A DNA stretch of 30,886 nucleotides from Escherichia coli (GCF_003334765.1 NZ_QOWT01000042.1); one strand, 5' to 3'; counted from the stretch's first letter, positions 11,246 through 23,111 are shown. The notes: generated from the sequence alone by a model not told the origin. A program made the numbers and translations.

Positions 11246-11913
11246 AATAAAGAAAACCTTTTAACGCCAAAACAAAAAAAGTATTTCGTCGCGTAGTGTA
11301 AGCGATCACTTATTATATTTCCACAAAATTTAATCTATTTACAGTCCTGCGCGAGATTATTTCAGCTGTTATTTTCTGAAACTCTCAGAATAATTTCAAG
11401 ATTATATATTAGCCATTTTGATGAGTAATTTAGATTATTGGTGAACAGAGCGGCGCTCTCTGCTCGCTAATTCCGCAAGCCTGACAAAATCAAAGTGAAT
11501 AAAAATGCAATATAACAGAATAAAAGAAAACATCCATCACTGGTGCTTTCTGCTGTTAATGTACATTGTCTGGCATAAAAAATGCTGAAAATGACCCAGC
11601 TACTACATACACCGAATTCTCTACGCTTATAGCGTTACCTCACCCCCAAACTTTCATTAGTGATATTAAAGGTAAGGCCATATCTAATTGATTTAATTAA
11701 AAATAAATCATATCGGCATGTAAAAATCCACAATGTACAAAAAACGAGCCGTTACGGAATATTTTATCTACAAAAACTGACTAAATAAAAATTTTTCACT
11801 AATTGATTAGTCATAGCCAGCGATATACGCTATGCGAAAATGCAGATGGCAATGAGATCCACTGCTTTCATCTCCATTAACATCCCATTACGCTTTTATT
11901 AAGGAGCATTAGC

Positions 11914-12363
11914 ATGTTCTCACCGCAGTCACGCTTGCGTCATGCAGTTGCAGATACGTTCGCGATGGTTGTTTACTGTTCTGTCGTGAACATGTGTATT
12001 GAAGTTTTCCTCTCCGGAATGAGCTTCGAACAGTCTTTTTATTCCAGATTGGTAGCGATTCCGGTGAACATCTTAATTGCATGGCCATACGGTATGTACC
12101 GTGATCTGTTTATGCGCGCGGCACGCAAAGTTAGCCCGTCGGGCTGGATAAAAAATCTGGCGGATATCCTGGCTTATGTGACGTTCCAGTCACCGGTGTA
12201 TGTGGCGATCTTGTTAGTGGTGGGCGCAGACTGGCATCAGATTATGGCGGCGGTCAGTTCAAACATCGTTGTTTCGATGTTGATGGGGGCGGTTTATGGC
12301 TACTTCCTCGATTATTGCCGCCGACTGTTTAAAGTCAGCCGTTACCAGCAGGTAAAAGCCTGA
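11914..12363 (+). CDS. alaE: L-alanine exporter, small inner-membrane protein, 149 aa
   Basis: Track ORF with aaggag SD at 11901-11906; hydrophobic protein recognised as AlaE (YgaW). Confidence 0.85.
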   Translation: MFSPQSRLRHAVADTFAMVVYCSVVNMCIEVFLSGMSFEQSFYSRLVAIPVNILIAWPYGMYRDLFMRAARKVSPSGWIKNLADILAYVTFQSPVYVAILLVVGADWHQIMAAVSSNIVVSMLMGAVYGYFLDYCRRLFKVSRYQQVKA

Positions 12364-12373
12364 CTCTTCTTTT

Positions 12374-12400
12374 CGCGACTGGCATCGCCAGTCGCGTCTT
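12374..12400 (+). terminator. Putative hairpin terminator after alaE
   Basis: 10-bp perfect inverted repeat cgcgactggc / gccagtcgcg (12374-12383 / 12387-12396) with loop atc, followed by tcttt. No U-tract on the opposite strand, so it probably does not serve ygaC. Confidence 0.4.
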
Positions 12401-12744
12401 TAACTGGCTTCGCCAAATAAACCATTCAAATAACGTTCAAGCGCAACACGCGAACTAAAGCCATGCGGGATACCGTAATGCTCGTGTCGCTCGCCTGCTA
12501 AATAGAGCGGAAATTGCTGGTAATGATCGCAAGTTTTAATATCGGAAGCGGGTTCAGCCAGTGTCGAACTGCGTTCTTTTAATGTTGGATGAATTACCAG
12601 AGCGGTACGTCCCATTCGCGCTTCGCGATTAACATAGACATAATTTTCCCCACGGCGGTAACCATACGCTTTCTGGGTTACCACATCGACAGTAAAACCG
12701 ACTTTTTCAAGTACGCGCGCCACCTCGTCTGGTCGTAAATACAT
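12400..12744 (-). CDS. ygaC: DUF2002-family cytoplasmic protein, 114 aa
   Basis: Track ORF; ATG (reverse complement) at 12742-12744; recognised as YgaC. Confidence 0.8.
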
Positions 12745-12895
12745 ATTTGATCCTCGTTATTATCAACCGCGGGCCTACCTTACCTGATTGCGCATTCACA
12801 ACGCTTTCAGAAAAGTCCATAAAGCCGCGATGAACCTCAGTTAAGAAAATTATGGTCTACACTGAAAATTACATCGAATTCTAATGGGGGATCAT

Positions 12896-13225
12896 ATGTT
12901 TAACCGACCGAACCGCAACGACGTTGATGATGGCGTGCAGGATATCCAGAATGATGTCAATCAATTAGCTGACAGCCTCGAATCTGTATTGAAGTCCTGG
13001 GGCAGCGACGCCAAAGGGGAAGCTGAAGCCGCACGCAGTAAAGCTCAGGCATTGCTGAAAGAAACCAGGGCGCGAATGCATGGTCGTACTCGCGTCCAGC
13101 AAGCCGCGCGCGATGCCGTTGGCTGCGCGGATTCTTTTGTTCGTGAAAGACCCTGGTGTAGCGTGGGTACAGCAGCTGCGGTAGGTATTTTTATCGGCGC
13201 ACTGTTAAGCATGCGCAAATCGTAG
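12896..13225 (+). CDS. ygaM: DUF883 (ElaB/YqjD-family) membrane-anchored protein, 109 aa
   Basis: Track ORF 12884..13225; ATG 12896 (MFNRPNRNDVDD...) matches the form I recall, ATG 12884 is an in-frame alternative; C-terminal TM segment WCSVGTAAAVGIFIGALL. Confidence 0.8.
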   Translation: MFNRPNRNDVDDGVQDIQNDVNQLADSLESVLKSWGSDAKGEAEAARSKAQALLKETRARMHGRTRVQQAARDAVGCADSFVRERPWCSVGTAAAVGIFIGALLSMRKS

Positions 13226-13255
13226 TGCAAAAATGATAATAAATACGCGTCTTTG

Positions 13256-13286
13256 ACCCCGAAGCCTGTCTTCGGGGTTTCTTTTT
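13256..13286 (+). terminator. Rho-independent terminator of ygaM
   Basis: GC-rich stem ccccgaag / cttcgggg (13257-13264 / 13270-13277), loop cctgt, followed by tttcttttt. Confidence 0.7.
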
Positions 13287-13289
13287 GCC

Positions 13290-13472
13290 TGGTGAATCAC
13301 AAAAATCCCCCTACCCCGTCACGCTCATATCCAGGGTAATTTCGACCACTATTTGCTATATATTGTGTGGTTGAATCTTTTTTCAACTACATCTAGTATC
13401 TCTGTATCAACAGAGAGACAACCCGACGCGTATCATCGCGCCGTATCTTCATTTTAAACGGAAATACGAATC
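13290..13472 (+). promoter_or_regulatory. nrdHIEF promoter region with candidate tandem NrdR-box-like elements and an AT-rich -10 (tatatatt 13357-13364)
   Basis: Located between the ygaM terminator and nrdH. ttgctatatattgtgt (about 13353-13368) and ctacatctagtatctc (about 13385-13400) lie about 32 bp apart, resembling the paired NrdR boxes of RNR operons; assignment is inference. Confidence 0.35.
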
Positions 13473-13718
13473 ATGCGCATTACTATTTACACTCGTAACG
13501 ATTGCGTTCAGTGCCACGCCACCAAACGGGCGATGGAAAACCGGGGCTTTGATTTTGAAATGATTAATGTCGATCGCGTTCCTGAAGCGGCAGAAGCGTT
13601 GCGTGCTCAGGGCTTTCGTCAGTTGCCGGTAGTGATTGCTGGCGATCTTAGCTGGTCTGGTTTCCGTCCGGACATGATTAACCGTCTGCATCCAGCGCCA
13701 CACGCGGCCAGTGCATGA
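13473..13718 (+). CDS. nrdH: Glutaredoxin-like protein NrdH (electron donor for class Ib RNR), 81 aa
   Basis: CVQC redox motif near the N-terminus; stop overlaps the nrdI start (ATGA at 13715-13718). Confidence 0.95.
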
Positions 13719-14125
13719 GCCAGCTCGTCTACTTCTCCAGCAGCTCCGAAAACACGCAGCGTTTTATCGAACGTTTAGGTCTGCCCGCGGTGCGCATCCC
13801 GCTCAATGAGCGGGAACGGATTCAGGTAGACGAGCCTTACATCCTGATCGTGCCCTCTTACGGCGGCGGCGGTACGGCTGGCGCGGTGCCACGACAGGTA
13901 ATTCGCTTTTTAAACGACGAGCACAACCGGGCGTTGCTTCGCGGCGTTATTGCTTCTGGTAATCGCAACTTTGGTGAGGCGTATGGCCGCGCCGGAGATG
14001 TGATTGCCCGGAAATGCGGCGTGCCGTGGCTGTACCGTTTTGAACTCATGGGTACGCAAAGCGATATCGAAAACGTTCGTAAAGGAGTAACCGAATTTTG
14101 GCAACGACAACCGCAGAATGCCTGA
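13715..14125 (+). CDS. nrdI: Flavodoxin-like protein NrdI (class Ib RNR maturation), 136 aa
   Basis: Track ORF; recognised NrdI sequence; translationally coupled to nrdH. Confidence 0.95.
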
Positions 14126-16242
14126 CGCAGGAAACGATGGATTACCACGCGCTGAATGCGATGCTTAACCTCTACGATAGCGCAGGTCGCATTCAGTTCG
14201 ATAAAGACCGCCAGGCCGTTGACGCCTTTATTGCGACGCATGTGCGTCCGAACAGTGTGACCTTCAGTAGCCAGCAGCAGCGCCTGAACTGGCTGGTCAA
14301 CGAAGGTTACTATGATGAAAGCGTTCTTAATCGCTACTCTCGCGACTTTGTCATTACGCTGTTTGCCCACGCACACACCAGCGGTTTTCGTTTCCAGACA
14401 TTCCTCGGGGCATGGAAGTTTTACACCAGCTATACGTTGAAGACATTCGACGGTAAACGTTATCTGGAAGATTTTGCCGATCGAGTAACGATGGTGGCGC
14501 TGACGCTGGCACAAGGCGATGAGACGCTGGCGTTGCAACTGACCGATGAAATGCTGTCAGGACGCTTTCAGCCAGCCACGCCAACATTCCTCAACTGCGG
14601 TAAGCAGCAGCGCGGCGAACTGGTTTCCTGTTTTTTGCTGCGTATTGAAGACAATATGGAGTCGATTGGTCGGGCGGTAAATTCCGCACTGCAGCTGTCG
14701 AAACGCGGCGGCGGCGTAGCATTTTTGCTGTCGAATCTGCGAGAAGCGGGCGCGCCAATTAAACGTATTGAAAATCAATCTTCTGGCGTAATTCCGGTGA
14801 TGAAAATGCTGGAAGACGCATTTTCCTATGCCAACCAACTCGGCGCTCGTCAGGGGGCTGGTGCAGTCTATTTACATGCTCATCATCCCGATATTCTGCG
14901 TTTTCTCGACACGAAACGGGAAAATGCCGACGAAAAAATCCGCATTAAAACACTGTCGCTTGGCGTGGTGATCCCGGATATCACTTTCCATCTGGCAAAA
15001 GAGAATGCGCAGATGGCGCTGTTTTCGCCTTATGACGTAGAGCGAGTTTATGGCAAGCCGTTTGCCGATGTGGCCATCAGCCAACACTATGACGAACTGG
15101 TTGCCGATGAACGCATTCGCAAAAAATACCTCAACGCCCGTGATTTCTTCCAGCGACTGGCAGAAATCCAGTTTGAGTCCGGCTATCCCTACATCATGTA
15201 TGAAGACACGGTAAACCGTGCTAACCCTATCGCCGGGCGCATAAATATGAGTAATCTCTGCTCAGAAATTTTGCAGGTTAACAGCGCCTCAGAGTATGAC
15301 GAGAATCTCGACTATACCCGCACAGGCCATGATATTTCCTGCAATTTAGGTTCGTTGAATATTGCGCACACCATGGATTCCCCCGATTTTGCCCGCACGG
15401 TAGAGACTGCCGTGCGCGGTTTAACGGCAGTATCAGATATGAGTCATATCCGCAGCGTGCCGTCCATCGAAGCCGGAAATGCCGCCTCGCACGCCATCGG
15501 ACTGGGGCAGATGAATTTACACGGCTATCTGGCGCGAGAAGGCATCGCTTATGGTTCGCCGGAAGCACTGGATTTCACCAATCTCTATTTCTATGCCATC
15601 ACCTGGCATGCACTGCGTACCTCGATGTTGCTGGCACGCGAACGCGGTGAAACCTTCGCCGGGTTCAAACAGTCACGCTATGCCAGTGGTGAATATTTTA
15701 GCCAATATCTGCAAGGGAACTGGCAGCCGAAAACGGCGAAAGTTGGCGAACTGTTTACCCGTAGCGGTATTACGTTACCTACCCGTGAGATGTGGGCGCA
15801 GCTGCGCGACGACGTGATGCGCTACGGCATATACAACCAGAATCTTCAGGCGGTGCCGCCAACCGGTTCTATCTCTTATATCAACCATGCTACGTCGAGT
15901 ATTCATCCGATTGTGGCGAAAGTAGAGATACGCAAAGAGGGCAAAACAGGACGCGTTTACTACCCTGCCCCGTTTATGACTAACGAGAATCTGGCGCTGT
16001 ATCAGGACGCTTACGAAATTGGCGCAGAAAAGATCATCGACACCTACGCGGAAGCGACTCGCCATGTCGATCAGGGGCTGTCGCTGACGCTTTTTTTCCC
16101 CGATACCGCCACCACTCGCGATATCAACAAAGCGCAGATTTACGCCTGGCGCAAGGGTATCAAAACGCTCTATTACATCCGCCTGCGTCAGATGGCGCTG
16201 GAAGGCACTGAAATTGAAGGCTGCGTCTCCTGTGCACTTTAA
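14098..16242 (+). CDS. nrdE: Class Ib ribonucleotide reductase alpha subunit, 714 aa, apparent TTG start
   Basis: Start as on the track (TTG 14098-14100, [20 protein letters not shown]...), overlapping the nrdI 3' end by 28 nt; aggag at 14082-14086; alternative in-frame ATG at 14137. Confidence 0.9.
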
Positions 16243-17211
<969 letters not shown>

Positions 17212-17325
17212 GGGTGTTATTTTCAAAAATATCACTACCCGCAGCAGGGAAATAATTCCCGCCAAATAGCTTTTTATCACGCAAATAATTTGTGGTGATC
17301 TACACTGATACTCTGTTGCATTATT

Positions 17326-17357
17326 CGCCTGAAACCACAATATTCAGGCGTTTTTTC
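17326..17357 (+). terminator. Rho-independent terminator downstream of nrdF
   Basis: Stem cgcctgaa / ttcaggcg (17326-17333 / 17343-17350), loop accacaata, then tttttt (17351-17356). Confidence 0.6.
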
Positions 17358-17469
17358 GCTATCTTTGACAAAAAATATCAACTTTCTCGATTTGCTCTCA
17401 GCCCTTATATCACGGGAAATTCCGGCGATTTGCTCGCATCAATATTCATGCCACATTTGCCATCAGGGG

Positions 17470-17497
17470 TTGCCTCAGATTCTCAGTATGTTAGGGT
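17470..17497 (+). promoter_or_regulatory. proU P2 (sigma-70) osmoregulated promoter: -35 ttgcct (17470-17475), 16-bp spacer, -10 tagggt (17492-17497)
   Basis: Hexamers read directly; they match the proU P2 promoter as I recall it (non-canonical TAGGGT -10), roughly 60-70 nt upstream of the proV ATG. Confidence 0.7.
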
Positions 17498-17564
17498 AGA
17501 AAAAAGTGACTATTTCCATTGGGTAATATATCGACATAGACAAATAAAGGAATCTTTCTATTGC

Positions 17565-18767
17565 ATGGCAATTAAATTAGAAATTAAAAATCTTTATAAA
17601 ATATTTGGCGAGCATCCACAGCGAGCGTTCAAATATATCGAACAAGGACTTTCAAAAGAACAAATTCTGGAAAAAACTGGGCTATCGCTTGGCGTAAAAG
17701 ACGCCAGTCTGGCCATTGAAGAAGGCGAGATATTTGTCATCATGGGATTATCCGGCTCGGGTAAATCCACAATGGTACGCCTTCTCAATCGCCTGATTGA
17801 ACCCACCCGCGGGCAAGTGCTGATTGATGGTGTGGATATTGCCAAAATATCCGACGCCGAACTCCGTGAGGTGCGCAGAAAAAAGATTGCGATGGTCTTC
17901 CAGTCCTTTGCCTTAATGCCGCATATGACCGTGCTGGACAATACTGCGTTCGGTATGGAATTGGCCGGAATTAATGCCGAAGAACGCCGGGAAAAAGCCC
18001 TTGATGCACTGCGTCAGGTCGGGCTGGAAAATTATGCCCACAGCTACCCGGATGAACTCTCTGGCGGGATGCGTCAACGTGTGGGATTAGCCCGCGCGTT
18101 AGCGATTAATCCGGATATATTATTAATGGACGAAGCCTTCTCGGCGCTCGATCCATTAATTCGCACCGAGATGCAGGATGAGCTGGTAAAATTACAGGCG
18201 AAACATCAGCGCACCATTGTCTTTATTTCCCACGATCTTGATGAAGCCATGCGTATTGGCGACCGAATTGCCATTATGCAAAATGGTGAAGTGGTACAGG
18301 TCGGCACACCGGATGAAATTCTCAATAATCCGGCGAATGATTATGTCCGTACCTTCTTCCGTGGCGTTGATATTAGTCAGGTATTCAGTGCGAAAGATAT
18401 TGCCCGCCGGACACCGAATGGCTTAATTCGTAAAACCCCTGGCTTCGGCCCACGTTCGGCACTGAAATTATTGCAGGATGAAGATCGCGAATATGGCTAC
18501 GTTATCGAACGCGGTAATAAGTTTGTCGGCGCAGTCTCCATCGATTCGCTTAAAACCGCGTTAACGCAGCAGCAAGGTCTTGATGCGGCGCTGATTGATG
18601 CGCCGTTAGCAGTCGATGCACAAACGCCTCTTAGCGAGTTGCTCTCTCATGTCGGACAGGCACCCTGTGCGGTGCCCGTGGTCGACGAGGACCAACAGTA
18701 TGTCGGCATCATTTCGAAAGGAATGCTGCTGCGCGCTTTAGATCGTGAGGGGGTAAATAATGGCTGA
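17565..18767 (+). CDS. proV: Glycine betaine/proline ABC transporter ATP-binding subunit, 400 aa
   Basis: Track ORF 17292..18767 trimmed to ATG 17565 ([22 protein letters not shown]...); Walker [10 protein letters not shown]; C-terminal tandem CBS-like region. Confidence 0.93.
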   Translation: MAIKLEIKNLYKIFGEHPQRAFKYIEQGLSKEQILEKTGLSLGVKDASLAIEEGEIFVIMGLSGSGKSTMVRLLNRLIEPTRGQVLIDGVDIAKISDAELREVRRKKIAMVFQSFALMPHMTVLDNTAFGMELAGINAEERREKALDALRQVGLENYAHSYPDELSGGMRQRVGLARALAINPDILLMDEAFSALDPLIRTEMQDELVKLQAKHQRTIVFISHDLDEAMRIGDRIAIMQNGEVVQVGTPDEILNNPANDYVRTFFRGVDISQVFSAKDIARRTPNGLIRKTPGFGPRSALKLLQDEDREYGYVIERGNKFVGAVSIDSLKTALTQQQGLDAALIDAPLAVDAQTPLSELLSHVGQAPCAVPVVDEDQQYVGIISKGMLLRALDREGVNNG

Positions 18768-19824
18768 TCAAAATAATCCGTGGGATACCACGCCAGCGGC
18801 GGACAGTGCCGCGCAATCCGCAGACGCCTGGGGTACACCGACGACTGCACCGACTGACGGCGGTGGTGCTGACTGGCTGACCAGTACGCCTGCGCCAAAC
18901 GTCGAGCATTTTAATATTCTCGATCCGTTCCATAAAACGCTGATCCCGCTCGACAGTTGGGTCACTGAAGGGATCGACTGGGTCGTTACCCATTTCCGTC
19001 CCGTCTTCCAGGGCGTGCGCGTTCCGGTTGATTATATCCTCAACGGTTTCCAGCAATTGCTGCTGGGTATGCCCGCACCGGTGGCGATTATCGTTTTCGC
19101 TCTCATCGCCTGGCAGATTTCCGGGGTCGGAATGGGTGTGGCGACGCTGGTTTCGCTGATTGCCATCGGCGCAATCGGTGCCTGGTCGCAGGCAATGGTG
19201 ACTCTGGCGCTGGTGTTAACCGCCCTGCTGTTCTGTATCGTCATCGGTTTGCCGTTGGGGATATGGCTGGCGAGAAGTCCGCGAGCGGCGAAAATTATTC
19301 GTCCACTGCTTGATGCCATGCAGACCACGCCAGCGTTTGTTTATCTGGTGCCAATCGTCATGCTATTTGGTATCGGTAACGTGCCGGGCGTGGTGGTGAC
19401 GATCATCTTTGCTCTGCCGCCGATTATCCGTCTGACCATTCTGGGGATTAACCAGGTTCCGGCGGATCTGATTGAAGCCTCGCGCTCATTCGGTGCCAGC
19501 CCGCGCCAGATGCTGTTCAAAGTTCAGTTACCGCTGGCGATGCCGACCATTATGGCGGGCGTTAACCAGACGCTGATGCTGGCCCTTTCTATGGTGGTCA
19601 TCGCCTCGATGATTGCCGTCGGCGGGTTGGGTCAGATGGTACTTCGCGGTATCGGTCGTCTGGATATGGGGCTTGCCACCGTTGGCGGCGTCGGGATTGT
19701 GATCCTCGCCATTATCCTCGATCGTCTGACGCAGGCCGTTGGGCGCGACTCACGCAGTCGCGGCAACCGTCGCTGGTACACCACTGGCCCTGTTGGTCTG
19801 CTGACCCGCCCATTCATTAAGTAA
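18760..19824 (+). CDS. proW: Glycine betaine/proline ABC transporter permease, 354 aa
   Basis: ATG 18760 overlaps the proV stop by 8 nt; polytopic permease with long N-terminal periplasmic extension. Confidence 0.93.
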   Translation: MADQNNPWDTTPAADSAAQSADAWGTPTTAPTDGGGADWLTSTPAPNVEHFNILDPFHKTLIPLDSWVTEGIDWVVTHFRPVFQGVRVPVDYILNGFQQLLLGMPAPVAIIVFALIAWQISGVGMGVATLVSLIAIGAIGAWSQAMVTLALVLTALLFCIVIGLPLGIWLARSPRAAKIIRPLLDAMQTTPAFVYLVPIVMLFGIGNVPGVVVTIIFALPPIIRLTILGINQVPADLIEASRSFGASPRQMLFKVQLPLAMPTIMAGVNQTLMLALSMVVIASMIAVGGLGQMVLRGIGRLDMGLATVGGVGIVILAIILDRLTQAVGRDSRSRGNRRWYTTGPVGLLTRPFIK

Positions 19825-19881
19825 CTCTGCACTTGCCCGGTGACGCCGGGCATTATCACCCTGCCAAAAAAAGGAATAACA

Positions 19882-20874
19882 ATGCGACATAGCGTACTTT
19901 TTGCGACAGCGTTTGCCACGCTTATCTCTACACAAACTTTTGCTGCCGATCTGCCGGGCAAAGGCATTACTGTTAATCCAGTTCAGAGCACCATCACTGA
20001 AGAAACCTTCCAGACGCTGCTGGTCAGTCGTGCGCTGGAGAAATTAGGTTATACCGTCAACAAACCCAGCGAAGTAGATTACAACGTTGGCTACACCTCG
20101 CTTGCTTCCGGCGATGCAACCTTCACCGCCGTGAACTGGACGCCACTGCATGACAACATGTACGAAGCTGCCGGTGGCGATAAGAAATTTTATCGTGAAG
20201 GGGTATTTGTTAACGGCGCGGCACAGGGTTACCTGATCGATAAGAAAACCGCCGACCAGTACAAAATCACCAACATCGCACAACTGAAAGATCCGAAGAT
20301 CGCCAAACTGTTCGATACCAACGGCGACGGAAAAGCGGATTTAACCGGTTGTAACCCTGGCTGGGGCTGCGAAGGTGCGATCAACCACCAGCTTGCCGCG
20401 TATGAACTGACCAACACCGTGACGCATAATCAGGGGAACTACGCAGCGATGATGGCCGACACCATCAGTCGCTACAAAGAGGGCAAACCGGTGTTTTATT
20501 ACACCTGGACGCCGTACTGGGTGAGTAACGAACTGAAGCCGGGCAAAGATGTCGTCTGGTTGCAGGTGCCGTTCTCCGCACTGCCGGGCGATAAAAACGC
20601 CGATACCAAACTGCCGAATGGTGCGAATTATGGCTTCCCGGTCAGCACCATGCATATCGTTGCCAACAAAGCCTGGGCCGAGAAAAACCCGGCAGCAGCG
20701 AAACTGTTTGCCATTATGCAGTTGCCAGTGGCAGATATTAACGCCCAGAACGCCATTATGCATGACGGCAAAGCCTCAGAAGGCGATATTCAGGGACACG
20801 TTGATGGTTGGATCAAAGCCCACCAGCAGCAGTTCGATGGCTGGGTGAATGAGGCGCTGGCAGCGCAGAAGTAA
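19882..20874 (+). CDS. proX: Periplasmic glycine betaine-binding protein, 330 aa precursor
   Basis: Track ORF 19840..20874 trimmed to ATG 19882 ([21 protein letters not shown] signal peptide) with aaggaa SD at 19871-19876. Confidence 0.93.
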
Positions 20875-20883
20875 TTTTTATTC

Positions 20884-20964
20884 GGGCGGATAAGGCGTTT
20901 TTGCCGCATCCGCCGTTCTGTGCACAATGCCTGATGCGACGCTGGCGCGTCTTATCATGCCTAC
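20884..20964. repeat. REP/BIME pair downstream of proX
   Basis: gggcggataaggcgtttttgccgcatccgcc (20884-20913) and gcctgatgcgacgctggcgcgtcttatcatgcctac (20929-20964) are typical REP palindromes. Confidence 0.65.
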
Positions 20965-21065
20965 AAACCACATCGCACATTTCAACAATCTATCTTTCAT
21001 CCCATATTCATCAACATCCGCTATTATTGATTTCCAGCTTAATCATCACCTGATGAACAAAAATA

Positions 21066-22250
21066 ATGACTAAACCTAATCATGAGCTTAGCCCGGCGCT
21101 GATCGTGCTGATGTCTATCGCCACCGGTCTGGCGGTAGCCAGTAACTATTACGCCCAGCCATTGCTCGACACCATCGCGCGTAACTTTTCCCTTTCCGCC
21201 AGTTCGGCAGGCTTTATTGTTACCGCCGCGCAGTTGGGCTATGCCGCAGGTCTACTGTTTCTTGTTCCCCTCGGTGATATGTTTGAACGCCGCCGCCTGA
21301 TTGTCTCGATGACCTTACTGGCGGCATGCGGCATGTTGATTACCGCCAGCAGTCAGTCGCTGGCGATGATGATCCTCGGTACGGCATTAACCGGTTTATT
21401 CTCAGTCGTGGCACAAATTCTGGTTCCGCTGGCAGCGACGCTGGCTTCACCGGATAAACGCGGCAAAGTGGTTGGCACTATTATGAGCGGTCTGCTGTTG
21501 GGGATCTTGCTGGCACGGACAGTTGCCGGATTGCTGGCGAATCTCGGCGGCTGGCGCACCGTCTTTTGGGTTGCTTCGGTGTTAATGGCACTGATGGCGC
21601 TGGCATTATGGCGTGGTCTGCCACAAATGAAATCAGAAACCCACCTCAACTACCCACAGTTGTTGGGTTCCGTTTTCAGTATGTTTATCAGCGATAAAAT
21701 TCTGCGTACCCGCGCGTTGCTGGGCTGCCTGACCTTTGCCAATTTCAGCATTCTCTGGACCTCAATGGCCTTTTTGCTTGCCGCTCCACCTTTTAACTAC
21801 AGCGATGGTGTCATTGGTCTGTTTGGACTTGCGGGAGCTGCCGGAGCGTTGGGCGCTCGTCCGGCGGGCGGTTTTGCCGATAAGGGCAAATCGCACCACA
21901 CCACAACTTTCGGTCTGCTGCTGCTATTACTTTCATGGCTGGCGATCTGGTTTGGTCACACTTCCGTACTGGCGTTGATTATCGGAATCCTGGTGCTGGA
22001 TCTCACCGTGCAGGGCGTGCATATCACTAACCAGACGGTAATTTATCGGATACATCCTGATGCGCGCAATCGCCTGACCGCAGGTTACATGACTAGCTAC
22101 TTTATTGGCGGTGCCGCCGGTTCGCTAATTTCAGCCTCAGCCTGGCAACATGGCGGTTGGGCTGGCGTTTGTCTGGCTGGCGCGACGATTGCCCTGGTTA
22201 ACTTACTGGTCTGGTGGCGAGGTTTTCATCGTCAGGAAGCCGCAAATTAA
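21066..22250 (+). CDS. ygaY: Major-facilitator-superfamily transporter, 394 aa, intact
   Basis: Uninterrupted track ORF with MFS-like hydrophobic profile; position between proX and ygaZ corresponds to ygaY. Confidence 0.8.
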   Translation: MTKPNHELSPALIVLMSIATGLAVASNYYAQPLLDTIARNFSLSASSAGFIVTAAQLGYAAGLLFLVPLGDMFERRRLIVSMTLLAACGMLITASSQSLAMMILGTALTGLFSVVAQILVPLAATLASPDKRGKVVGTIMSGLLLGILLARTVAGLLANLGGWRTVFWVASVLMALMALALWRGLPQMKSETHLNYPQLLGSVFSMFISDKILRTRALLGCLTFANFSILWTSMAFLLAAPPFNYSDGVIGLFGLAGAAGALGARPAGGFADKGKSHHTTTFGLLLLLLSWLAIWFGHTSVLALIIGILVLDLTVQGVHITNQTVIYRIHPDARNRLTAGYMTSYFIGGAAGSLISASAWQHGGWAGVCLAGATIALVNLLVWWRGFHRQEAAN

Positions 22251-22373
22251 GCAATCAGCAACCGTTTTCGTGGCTTTACACTTATAAGGGTGTTAAGAAG
22301 CCCATCAGTCTGATAAGGTTAAGATATTCATTCAGTCTATTTATAATATTAACAATCGTTAAGCGTACACTCT

Positions 22374-23111
22374 ATGGAAAGCCCTACTCCACAGCCTGCT
22401 CCTGGTTCGGCGACCTTCATGGAAGGATGCAAAGACAGTTTACCGATTGTTATTAGTTATATTCCGGTGGCCTTTGCGTTCGGTCTGAATGCGACCCGTC
22501 TGGGATTCTCTCCTCTCGAAAGCGTTTTTTTCTCCTGCATCATTTATGCAGGCGCGAGCCAGTTCGTCATTACCGCGATGCTGGCAGCCGGGAGTAGTTT
22601 GTGGATTGCTGCACTGACCGTCATGGCAATGGATGTTCGCCATGTGTTGTATGGCCCGTCACTGCGTAGCCGTATTATTCAGCGTCTGCAAAAATCGAAA
22701 ACCGCCCTGTGGGCGTTTGGCCTGACGGATGAGGTTTTTGCCGCCGCAACCGCAAAACTGGTACGCAATAATCGCCGCTGGAGCGAGAACTGGATGATCG
22801 GCATTGCCTTCAGTTCATGGTCATCGTGGGTATTTGGTACGGTAATAGGGGCATTCTCCGGCAGCGGCTTGCTGCAAGGTTATCCCGCCGTTGAAGCTGC
22901 ATTAGGTTTTATGCTTCCGGCACTCTTTATGAGTTTCCTGCTCGCCTCTTTCCAGCGCAAACAATCTCTTTGCGTTACCGCAGCGTTAGTTGGTGCCCTT
23001 GCAGGCGTAACGCTATTTTCTATTCCCGTCGCCATTCTGGCAGGCATTGTCTGTGGCTGCCTCACTGCGTTAATCCAGGCATTCTGGCAAGGAGCGCCCG
23101 ATGAGCTATGA
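22374..23111 (+). CDS. ygaZ: AzlC-family branched-chain amino-acid (valine) exporter large subunit, 245 aa
   Basis: Track ORF; polytopic membrane protein; overlaps ygaH by 11 nt. Confidence 0.85.

Noticed and set aside
10947-11264. 105-aa + strand ORF
   Set aside because: Antisense to stpA, which is unambiguous; Ser/Arg-rich low-complexity product.
13232-13246. Fur-box-like aatgataataaatac just after the ygaM stop
   Set aside because: Only one good GATAAT hexamer, and it lies upstream of the ygaM terminator rather than in the nrdH promoter; cannot be called a Fur site without PWM scoring.
13858-14538. 226-aa - strand ORF across nrdI/nrdE
   Set aside because: Antisense to two well-supported RNR genes.
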